Positions 10,330 through 20,228 of a stretch of DNA of 32,000 nucleotides are shown one piece after another. The position numbers and the translations under genes were made by a program. The first letter of the stretch is position 1; each line of letters opens with the position of its first letter. This stretch comes from Thalassolituus hydrocarboniclasticus (GTDB lineage Bacteria > Pseudomonadota > Gammaproteobacteria > Pseudomonadales > Oceanobacteraceae), in the NCBI RefSeq assembly GCF_025345565.1, contig NZ_CP054475.1, positions 1,300,448 through 1,332,447 of the forward strand, written 5' to 3'. The notes below the pieces were generated by a model. The model did no database searches, was not told the DNA's origin, and was given only the letters and a program-made list of their open reading frames with translations.

Positions 10330-10342
10330 GTTATAACATAAC
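10330..10342. promoter_or_regulatory. Zur-like operator GTTATAACATAAC upstream of the COG0523 GTPase gene
   Basis: 13-bp near-palindrome about 33 bp upstream of the ATG at 10297. Confidence 0.7.
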
Positions 10343-10506
10343 ACTTAAGGTGAGACAGAAGCAAGAATGGGGACAAGTCTGCGCAGCTGTTGCAGGCCGG
10401 AAGAGGAGGGGAAAATCCGCACAGGTTGCCGCTCTGAGGTCACTGGGCTGTTGGCATTAAAACCGTTATCCTTGCGTTCTTTATGTTTAACGCGGATTTA
10501 ACCCAC

Positions 10507-11184
10507 ATGGCTTTTGTAAAACAGCACATAGATTGGATTTTATTTATTCTTCTGGCCGCAGTGTTTATCGCGTTTCCGCAGATTGATCTGAGCGTCAGCC
10601 GCTGGTTTTACGACGCAGAACAAGGCCGCTGGCCGCTGGCCAACCACCCGATCAGCGAGTCGGTGTATGCGTTATTCCGTTATGTTCCCTATGTGCTGGT
10701 GCCGGTTTTACTGATTGCCGTGGCGCTGACCTTTGTAAAAGGCGGCATTGCGCAGGCGCAGCGTAAAGCCTGGGTATTTATTCTGGTGTCGTTGCTGGCG
10801 GGCCCCGGCATTCTGGTGCATACCGTATTTAAAGAAGGTTTTGAGCGGGCGCGGCCAAAGCAGGTGCAGGAATTTGGTGGCCACAGTGGTTTTACACCGG
10901 CCTTTGTGATTTCAGACCAGTGTGCAAAAAAATGTAAATCTTTCGTTAGCGGACATGCGGCGATGGGGTTCTGGCTGATGGCGTTCGCCTGGGTTTTCCG
11001 TCGCCGCAGCTGGTTCTGGGCTGGTATGGCGGTGGGAATTGTGGTCAGCGCCGGACGTATTGTGCAGGGCGGACACTTTTTAAGTGATACGATTTTTGCC
11101 GGTTTTGTCTGCTATTTTACCTACCGGCTGATGAGCTACTGGATTCTGGGTTACAGCCGGATTCAGGACGATAAAAAAGCCTGA
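10507..11184 (+). CDS. PAP2-family phosphatase, inner membrane (lipid A / undecaprenyl phosphatase-like)
   Basis: KEGFERARPKQ and SFVSGHAAMGF acid-phosphatase motifs plus multiple TM helices. An alternative start at 10483 is possible. Confidence 0.8.
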   Translation: MAFVKQHIDWILFILLAAVFIAFPQIDLSVSRWFYDAEQGRWPLANHPISESVYALFRYVPYVLVPVLLIAVALTFVKGGIAQAQRKAWVFILVSLLAGPGILVHTVFKEGFERARPKQVQEFGGHSGFTPAFVISDQCAKKCKSFVSGHAAMGFWLMAFAWVFRRRSWFWAGMAVGIVVSAGRIVQGGHFLSDTIFAGFVCYFTYRLMSYWILGYSRIQDDKKA

Positions 11185-11196
11185 GAAAACTTCTGA

Positions 11197-11817
11197 TTAT
11201 TTTCTGGCAACAATAAACACAGACTGTGCTGCCGGTTGCCAGAGATGATCGATACTGAAGCCTGCCTGATTCAGTTTTTCCACTAACTCCGTTTTATTAA
11301 AACGATGTACAAAGGGCGCCAGACTCAGCATCTGCATCAGCGGAATCAGCATACGCACGAAGGGGTTCATTTCCTTCACCAGCGCTGTGCTGGTAATAAA
11401 TACACCGCCTGGCTTTAACGCCTTATAACTGATAGCGATGGCGGAATCCGGATCTTCCAGCAGGTGCAGGATATTCAGCCCCAGCACGGCGTCAAAGCTG
11501 GCCGATGGTGGATTAATACTTTCCAGCGTTCCCTGCTGAAAACGGATATTACCGATGCCCGCGTCTTTGGCTTTTTGTGCCGCAATGGCCAGCATATTGT
11601 CGGAAATATCCGTTGCCAGAACCTCTTTAACATACGGCGCATGAACCATCGCGGTGCTGCCGGTACCGCAGCCAAACTCCAGCACCGACCAGTCGGGTTG
11701 CAGATATTTTTCGGTGATATCCAGCTTCTTACGGTAGGCCGCTTCATCCTGAATCCGGCTTTTGGCATAGCGCTGTGCACTGTTATCCCAGAATGTCTTT
11801 GAATCCTTCATCGCCAT
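11197..11817 (-). CDS. Class I SAM-dependent methyltransferase
   Basis: Motif I VLEFGCGTGSTAM; FDAVLGLNILHLLEDP. Confidence 0.85.
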   Translation of the reverse strand: MAMKDSKTFWDNSAQRYAKSRIQDEAAYRKKLDITEKYLQPDWSVLEFGCGTGSTAMVHAPYVKEVLATDISDNMLAIAAQKAKDAGIGNIRFQQGTLESINPPSASFDAVLGLNILHLLEDPDSAIAISYKALKPGGVFITSTALVKEMNPFVRMLIPLMQMLSLAPFVHRFNKTELVEKLNQAGFSIDHLWQPAAQSVFIVARK

Positions 11818-11839
11818 CTCCTTTGCTTACCTGTGCGGA

Positions 11840-12334
11840 TTACGCCGTAAAGTGCAGCAGTAATTCAGTGTGTCCGGTATGACTGTCGGTTTGTTCCCGG
11901 ACCAGTGTAAAGCCCTGACTCCGGTAAAAACGACAGCTGGGTTCGTTGGCTTTATATACCGTAAGATGCAGCTCATTGCGCTGCTGTTTGGCGTGATTTA
12001 ATAATTGTTTACCAATGCCCCGACCCTGATGCTGCGGAGCAACAAAGATGGCAGCCAGCGTGTTGTTATGCAGAGCATAAAAACCGACAGCCTGTGCATT
12101 CAGCTCAAATACCCAGACATCGGAGTTGGGTAAATACACATCGCGCATATTATCCAGCTGAGACTGCCAGAATGATGGCTCAATAAAATCATGGGCTTTA
12201 ACGGACGCATCCAGCCAGACTGTCAGTATTGCGTCGATATCACTGCGGGCAGTCTGTGTGTCTGCGCCGGGTGGGGGCAGCGTAGCGGGGGAGGTTGTGG
12301 TATTCAGACGGATACCGGCAGCGGGTCTGATCAT
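11840..12334 (-). CDS. GNAT-family N-acetyltransferase
   Basis: Acetyl-CoA motif VAPQHQGRGIGKQLL and NEPSCRFYRSQGF. Confidence 0.85.
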   Translation of the reverse strand: MIRPAAGIRLNTTTSPATLPPPGADTQTARSDIDAILTVWLDASVKAHDFIEPSFWQSQLDNMRDVYLPNSDVWVFELNAQAVGFYALHNNTLAAIFVAPQHQGRGIGKQLLNHAKQQRNELHLTVYKANEPSCRFYRSQGFTLVREQTDSHTGHTELLLHFTA

Positions 12335-12351
12335 AATTATCCGGGGCTAAA

Positions 12352-12402
12352 TTTTAACAACAAAGATAGTTTTAACAACAAAGATAGTTTTAACAACAAA
12401 GA
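12352..12402. repeat. 18-bp tandem repeat TTTTAACAACAAAGATAG, about 2.8 copies
   Basis: Copies at 12352-12369, 12370-12387 and 12388-12402 (partial, one mismatch). Confidence 0.9.
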
Positions 12403-12406
12403 GGGT

Positions 12407-12814
12407 TCAGGGCATATCAAGGCAACTGAAGCTGTCTGGCAGAATCTGCTGCTGATTATCGCGCTCAAATTTTAAAAATCGTGTGGAACATTCCTGATTC
12501 TGCCAGGGTTTGCAGCTGGAAACCGACAGCGTACAGACTCCGTTATAACAACCGTAAATCAGGCGGTTTCTGCTGGTTGTATTATTCATTTCCAGCAGCG
12601 AGGCAATAACAGCTCCCACTGTGGTAACCGGGCTGCCTTCGCAGGCGTAATGCTCTGCGGCAATTTCCGTGCTGGCATAGCGCATCACATTTTCCAGTAA
12701 TGGCTGTTGGTCTGCCGCCACCGGACTTTGGTGATAGGAACAGACCCAGGCGCTGAATAAGCCAGTGGCCGTTCCCAGCAGGAAAACAGTAATAACCAGT
12801 GCTGTACGTTTCAT
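12407..12814 (-). CDS. Hypothetical secreted or membrane-anchored protein
   Basis: 135-aa ORF with an N-terminal hydrophobic signal (TALVITVFLLGTATGLF) and six Cys residues after it. Confidence 0.55.
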   Translation of the reverse strand: MKRTALVITVFLLGTATGLFSAWVCSYHQSPVAADQQPLLENVMRYASTEIAAEHYACEGSPVTTVGAVIASLLEMNNTTSRNRLIYGCYNGVCTLSVSSCKPWQNQECSTRFLKFERDNQQQILPDSFSCLDMP

Positions 12815-12829
12815 CGCATCACTTTCCGC

Positions 12830-13066
12830 TTATAAACCGGCTTTGGCCCGTTCAATCGCGGCATTGATCGCCGCTTTCGCTTGTGGGCTGTTTTTCCAGC
12901 AGGTGGTTCTCAGCATCTGAGCTACTCTCTCGGCGATATCTTCAGCGTTGTAAGCGGCCAGCTCAACCAGCGAACTGATACCAATTTCCTCAAAGCGTTT
13001 GATCACGGTTGGGCCGACGCCTTTTACTGCCAGCAGGGCTTCTTTTTCAGATTCAGAAAATTTCAT
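12830..13066 (-). CDS. Small helix-hairpin-helix protein (TfoX C-terminal-like)
   Basis: VKGVGPTVIKRFEEIGISSLVELA HhH signature. Confidence 0.7.
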   Translation of the reverse strand: MKFSESEKEALLAVKGVGPTVIKRFEEIGISSLVELAAYNAEDIAERVAQMLRTTCWKNSPQAKAAINAAIERAKAGL

Positions 13067-13120
13067 AGATTGCTTTATTTTAAGGGGGGCATTCGGACTT
13101 GGTAGTTTTCTCGGTAAAAA

Positions 13121-13284
13121 TCAAAGTCTTTCTTAGCTGAGTTATTTTTGGGATTGGACACCTCGTCGGTTTAAATTTGGTGTCCGTTAAAGCGGGGAAA
13201 GATCAAGGTCTTTCTTGGCTGAATATATTTTGGCATTGGACACCTCGTCAGTTTGACTTTGGTGTCCGTTAAAGCGGGGGAAGC
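13121..13284. repeat. Two tandem copies of an 82-bp repeat with internal inverted repeats
   Basis: Unit 'tcaa(a/g)gtctttctt(a/g)gctga...ggacacctcgtc...ggtgtccgttaaagcgggg' at 13121-13202 and 13203-13284. GGACACC/GGTGTCC arms at 13156-13162 and 13179-13185. Confidence 0.9.
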
Positions 13285-13399
13285 TCAGGGCGAACACGCC
13301 TGCGCTTGTTAGGTGCTTTTTGTTTAATTAACGGATTTTGAATCATAGCACTTTGCCAAATTAAAGACTTGAACTGGAATAATGTTTTATGATTTTTAA

Positions 13400-13543
13400 T
13401 CAGGGCCCAATGCAACAACATTTAACTACCTTTGTTTTATTAAAACCACTTGCACAAAGAACATGACCAATCTTCATTGCTCGCTTCAGCGAGCTGCTTT
13501 TAATCTTGGGTTTATCAGGTTTTCCTGAAATTGTATTTTCCAT
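13400..13543 (-). CDS. Putative 47-aa basic, Cys-containing protein inside a cassette-like interval
   Basis: Manual translation MENTISGKPDKPKIKSSSLKRAMKIGHVLCASGFNKTKVVKCCCIGP*, between the attC at 13594 and the half-site at 13314. Absent from the supplied ORF track. No strong RBS. Confidence 0.3.
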   Translation of the reverse strand: MENTISGKPDKPKIKSSSLKRAMKIGHVLCASGFNKTKVVKCCCIGP

Positions 13544-13593
13544 TCTTTGATTAAATACTAATTATCAAATCCCTTCTCTTTTTTCCTCTTTCC

Positions 13594-13698
13594 GCCTAAC
13601 GCCTGCATTTGCGGTTTGGGTGAAATGGCGGCTGTTTTGCATTTTTTTGCAAAACAGGTGACAGTTTACCCAAATCCGGCAAGATGCACTTGTTAGGC
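13594..13698 (-). other. Integron attC recombination site (105 bp)
   Basis: Outer cores GCCTAAC (13594-13600) and GTTAGGC (13692-13698). The arms pair imperfectly (gcctgcatttgcggtttgggt against acccaaatccggcaagatgcac), with a central hairpin CTGTTTTGCA-tttttt-TGCAAAACAG. Assigned to the minus-oriented ORF whose stop lies in the core. Confidence 0.85.
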
Positions 13699-15306
13699 AT
13701 TTTTTCTTGATAGAAACAATGAAAAATCATCATTTACCTTTGACGCCATCAAAGTTAATTTACTTCCGCCATCAGAAACAAAACCTATGCATGTATTGCT
13801 GGTGTTTCCAGCCAATCCAAGCAGGGTATTTGGGCTATCTCCAATCAATTTTTTTGTATATTGGCCCGAGAATGAAGAGCCAGAAACGCTGCCAATCAAC
13901 TTAACAGAATACTTGCTTACTCCAAGCGCTGAAGCTGGCTCTTCCCAAGACGCCTCTAACTTATGGTTACTTACTACAACTTTTGTCTGAGTTACGCCCT
14001 TAACAAACCATTCTCCCTCAAGCTCTTTAGGATTACCCAGATAATATTGCTCAATATAAGAACGAATTAGTTTCTGACGGCTGAGTGATTTTTTACTCAA
14101 TTTTTCCCACTTTTCTCTCTGCTCTTCTTTCTTTTCATTAATGGCAGTGATTAATCTATATACATTTTTATGCGTATCATCTGACTCTAATGCCTTTTTG
14201 GCAATTTCTTCTGCCTCTTCGGTAAAACCTGCATCTAATAGCAAATACCCTTGATTGGCCATTGCTAAAGTATTTTCATAACTGGCAGCTTTCTTATAGT
14301 TATCAATAGCTTTAATTTTCAAGCCAGCTTCTTGAGCACGCACACCCAGATTGTTTAATGCTGTAGAATTTTCACTATCAATTCTAATTAGTCTTAGGTA
14401 GTTGCTTATTGATATATCATCGATATCTTCATTGCTTGCTGCATAAGCAGAATTAAATAACTCGTCTCGATTATTGGGATCAAATTCCAAAGATTTATCT
14501 TTGCAATAGATAGAAATGGTTTTGTTACCTAGAGATTCTTCAATTTTAGAAAGGGCTTCATAAATTTTTGCCTTTTGATTTTCCTCTTCAACCTTTAACA
14601 AACGACTAATTAATAACTCTCGTGCTTGAACTGGATCATTATCTTTATTCATTGCATGGGCTAAGTTTACTTTAGCTTCTGTAATCAAAGGCTCTGATTT
14701 AAATTCGTTTGCTGCTTTTTCCCAAATCTGGACTTCCTTATTGTATTGCATACTGTCACTTAAACAGAATGAAAGCCATGTTAAGCTATTTAGCTTTGAT
14801 TCCTCGGTCTTTGCTGTACGCGCCAACTCTTCTAGCTCAAGAATTGCCGCGTTGTCCTTACCTTTCTCAAACTTAAAGAAAAGATAAATCGCCTTATTTT
14901 CCTCTAACTTAACTTCATCTTTTTCTTCCAATGCATACTTTTTAAAAACCTTTTCGGCTGCGTCTAAATCCCCATTTTCAAATGCAGTGTGCATCTCTGA
15001 AAACCAGCCTTCCTCCTTGGCCTTTTCTTCTTTTTCCGTCTCTTCATCATGGTCTATCGGCTTTTCATCAGCATTCGATAACTTAACTACTTTCTCGTCG
15101 CTTCCATTTATTGGCGCGACAGCGTTCATCCCAATCTCGGAATCGCCGTTCCTGAAAGAAAAAGAAGTTAGCCTAGAAATAAAATCAGAGATAGCATCTC
15201 TGCAAATTATTAATAGCACTAAAAACAAAAGGCTGACCATATTTTCAGATAAAAATCCAGTTATTATCTGCGTTATTTCTAGTGCGGTATTTGGTGTGTC
15301 AGACAT
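13693..15306 (-). CDS. Membrane-anchored TPR-repeat protein with a C-terminal beta-rich domain of unknown function (cassette gene)
   Basis: 537 aa. N-terminal TM (MVSLLFLVLLIICRD), acidic linker, degenerate TPR repeats (e.g. TALNNLGVRAQEAGLKIKAIDNYKKA, AMANQGYLLLDAGFTEEAEEIAKKAL), then about 110 aa of unassigned sequence. Confidence 0.75.
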   Translation of the reverse strand: MSDTPNTALEITQIITGFLSENMVSLLFLVLLIICRDAISDFISRLTSFSFRNGDSEIGMNAVAPINGSDEKVVKLSNADEKPIDHDEETEKEEKAKEEGWFSEMHTAFENGDLDAAEKVFKKYALEEKDEVKLEENKAIYLFFKFEKGKDNAAILELEELARTAKTEESKLNSLTWLSFCLSDSMQYNKEVQIWEKAANEFKSEPLITEAKVNLAHAMNKDNDPVQARELLISRLLKVEEENQKAKIYEALSKIEESLGNKTISIYCKDKSLEFDPNNRDELFNSAYAASNEDIDDISISNYLRLIRIDSENSTALNNLGVRAQEAGLKIKAIDNYKKAASYENTLAMANQGYLLLDAGFTEEAEEIAKKALESDDTHKNVYRLITAINEKKEEQREKWEKLSKKSLSRQKLIRSYIEQYYLGNPKELEGEWFVKGVTQTKVVVSNHKLEASWEEPASALGVSKYSVKLIGSVSGSSFSGQYTKKLIGDSPNTLLGLAGNTSNTCIGFVSDGGSKLTLMASKVNDDFSLFLSRKNA

Positions 15307-15329
15307 GAATTATATTTATCACCTTGTAA

Positions 15330-15336
15330 GCCTAAC
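15330..15336 (-). other. attC/attI-like core (minus strand GTTAGGC) upstream of the TPR gene
   Basis: GTTAGGC on the minus strand, 23 bp before the ATG at 15306. Consistent with a cassette insertion junction. Confidence 0.45.
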
Positions 15337-16185
15337 AGTTTCTTAGTAGGCATGCTCATTAACACACCTAAGCCCTTATTCAGATTTCCAGCCTAACCTA
15401 TTGTCCGGGCTGTAGAAATCATCGTTATTTTCTTTCTTGTCAGGATATAAACGTGCATGCGCGCTTTTACCCTGAGTCGCTCTTTACACTTTGCGCGTTA
15501 TCACTTTTCGTAAAAGCCTAAATGATTGATTTTCTTCCATTCATTCTGGGCCGAAGGCGTCAATCCGCGCATGCGCGTTTTGCTGCCGGAGCGTAAACGC
15601 GCATCAGATTGTACAAAAAGTAAAATATACGGGTTGTTTGTACATGATCTTTCTCTGGTCATTTTCAGTGCTTTTCCGGCAGTGAAAATCGTTCTGGTCT
15701 GCTTGTATTCCAGACACGCTGCCGCCCGTCCTTATATACGCAGGGCAGGAATGGCGTGGTTTATCATTCGGGATTGAAGCGGGGAGGGCGTGTGTCCGGA
15801 CGGTGTGTTCGTACGATATGGCGGCATCCCTGCTGTGGTTCGAGAGTACTGAAATTCGGGGTTGGGTTCAATAATTGATAAAACTGGTTACAAGTGGCAA
15901 ATGACGACAGGTATTGCTTTGGCTCTTCTTGATAATGAAAGCTGTGATCTGGTGGGCAGTGCCCACCCTACATATCAATACGAACGTATGGCAGCTTCTG
16001 TCACGGATAAGATCCGCTCCCACAATACATTGCCTGCTTTGAAATGTGGCTTTGCATCATGGTTTGTGCGCCTGCGTTGGGCCAAAGGCGCTTATATCAC
16101 TGTGCGAAGTTTCCTTTCAGAAAATACCCTGTCTGCCCTGAAAAGCCGCGTTGCGTCTGAATAAACGCGGCATTTGTGCGTTGCC

Positions 16186-16308
16186 AGCCAACCAGGCAGC
16201 CAATCCGGTGGAAAGCACGACCCGGCCCGGAGCTTCTTCTACTAAGGGTTTTAGGCTCTAAGCTCCGGGCGAATTGTTGTGCGGGCCGGATTGGCCACGC
16301 AGTTGGCT
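16186..16308. repeat. Long imperfect inverted repeat / large potential hairpin
   Basis: The arms agccaac...gccaatccgg...gcccggagctt and the reverse complement of aagctccgggc...ccggattggc...gttggct match over about 50 nt each, around a loop of about 24 nt. Confidence 0.85.
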
Positions 16309-16384
16309 GAACAGCACCGCACAGCCGCAAGAGAGGATCGGAAGGAGATACTTCTCCTTGCATGGGGGCGCAGGGGGCGGAGCA

Positions 16385-16490
16385 CCCGCAAAGGCCTAAA
16401 CGAGATTAAAAAAACCACCCCGCGTAGCGGCTACTCAACCGGCCCCGAAAAGGCCTCAAAGAGACTAAAAAAACCAGCCCGCGCAGCGGC
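16385..16490. repeat. Two 47-bp direct repeats, 59-bp period
   Basis: cccgcaaaggcctaaacgagattaaaaaaaccaccccgcgtagcggc and cccgaaaaggcctcaaagagactaaaaaaaccagcccgcgcagcggc, 41/47 identical. Confidence 0.85.
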
Positions 16491-16595
16491 CAAAAACAAA
16501 CCGGATATCGCGACTGAAAGTCGCTCCTGCTGAAAATAGCTCCTACTGCCGTTGACCCTGTAGTCGCCGTACTCTCCATCACAATAAACAGCCAT

Positions 16596-16627
16596 AAAAA
16601 AACTCCGGGCAAAACCCGGAGTTTTTT
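16596..16627 (-). terminator. Rho-independent terminator downstream of katG
   Basis: aaaaaaactccgggcaaaacccggagtttttt: GC-rich stem with flanking A/T tracts. Confidence 0.85.
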
Positions 16628-16705
16628 ATTATTGCCAGCAGCTGACTGAACCTGGTTTCAACACCACCTGATTTCAGTTAGAGCCGCCAGCAAAGGCGGC
16701 GGTCA

Positions 16706-19048
<2,343 letters not shown>

Positions 19049-19174
19049 CTATCGAACTTTTTAAAATAAGGATGACTGACTATCGTTAAGCGGCAGCAGG
19101 TGAGGTGGGAGGCATGGTACTGCAGATTGGGCGCCGTGCTGGCACCTGCCCCGGATGGGGCAGGCCGATAACGC

Positions 19175-19546
19175 TCAGTCGAGCAGGAACTCCTGCCATT
19201 CGCTGAGCAGTTCTTTAAAGTCGTCGAGGCCACAGGCGGCAAAGGATTCGGCGTCGTAAAACTCCAGATCTTCGCCTTCCAGTTCTTCCAGCGAGTGATC
19301 CTGCAGCAGCACTAAAGCAATTACCTCGGCGTCGTCACGGGTCAGGCGCAGTAAGAAGTCGCGCCCCTGCCACTGAAATTCAGTCTGTTGGCCCTGTTCC
19401 AGACTGCTGACAGCCTGCAACAGACGGCTCAGCTGCTCGGTATCGGCACCCAGTTCGTCGGTGAGCCAGAGGCCAAAGGCTTCGTGGTCCATCGACAGGC
19501 GTGCGCAGGGCAGCTGGCGTTCATTGTAGAAAAAACGGTAATCCAT
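19175..19546 (-). CDS. yacL: YacL/UPF0231-family protein
   Basis: MDYRFFYNERQLPCARLSMDHEAFGLWLTDEL...LEFYDAESFAACGLDDF matches the UPF0231 pattern. Confidence 0.75.
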   Translation of the reverse strand: MDYRFFYNERQLPCARLSMDHEAFGLWLTDELGADTEQLSRLLQAVSSLEQGQQTEFQWQGRDFLLRLTRDDAEVIALVLLQDHSLEELEGEDLEFYDAESFAACGLDDFKELLSEWQEFLLD

Positions 19547-19563
19547 AAAGGGTCTTCGTGTGG

Positions 19564-20226
19564 TCAGTCGTTGTCGTCACTCAGGTCGGCGCCAGCCAGC
19601 GGCCAGCCGCCCAGATCTTTGTAACGATTGATAATAAAGCAGAACAGTTCGGCGGTTTTGTAGGTGTCGTAAGCGGCACTATGCGCAGCACTGTTGTCAA
19701 AATCGATACCGGCCATTTTGCACGACTTGGCCAGCACGGTATGACCGAGGGCCAGCGCGGCAATGGAGGCGGTATCGAACGACGAAAACGGGTGGAACGG
19801 ATCGCGCTTGATATCGTTGCGGGCAACCGCGGCACGCAGAAAACCATGATCGAAGTGGGCGTTATGGCCGACCAGCACGGCGCGGTTGCAGCCGTTGGCT
19901 TTGATCTCACGGCGTACGGTCTGGAACATGGCGGTCAGGGCGTCGATCTCAAATTCGGCATCGCGCTCGGGGTCGAACGGATCGATGCCGGTAAAATCGA
20001 GGGCTTCCTGCTGCAGGTTGGCGCCATCAAAGGGGTGAATATTGGCGCTCAGGGTTTCATTCGGATGCAGATAGCCATCCTCATCCATGCGCAGTGTGAC
20101 CATGGCGATTTCCAGCAAGGCGTCGGTTTCGGCATCGAAGCCGCCGGTTTCAACATCGACAACCACGGGTAAAAATCCGCGGAAGCGCTGTGCCATCATG
20201 GTTTTTTCCTGTTTCTCTTCACTCAC
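19564..20226 (-). CDS. rnt: Ribonuclease T
   Basis: DEDD exonuclease motifs: [63 protein letters not shown]. Confidence 0.95.
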   Translation of the reverse strand: MSEEKQEKTMMAQRFRGFLPVVVDVETGGFDAETDALLEIAMVTLRMDEDGYLHPNETLSANIHPFDGANLQQEALDFTGIDPFDPERDAEFEIDALTAMFQTVRREIKANGCNRAVLVGHNAHFDHGFLRAAVARNDIKRDPFHPFSSFDTASIAALALGHTVLAKSCKMAGIDFDNSAAHSAAYDTYKTAELFCFIINRYKDLGGWPLAGADLSDDND

Positions 20227-20228
20227 CC

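Noticed and set aside
13083-13284. CRISPR array
   Set aside because: Only two 82-bp copies directly abutting, with no unique spacers and no cas genes.
13707-13990. Plus-strand ORFs 13707-13904 and 13787-13990
   Set aside because: Antisense to the TPR cassette gene; no domain support.
16186-16308. Second attC site
   Set aside because: The hairpin geometry is suggestive, but AGCCAAC/GTTGGCT deviates from RYYYAAC/GTTRRRY and no cassette ORF adjoins it. Kept only as an unexplained inverted repeat.
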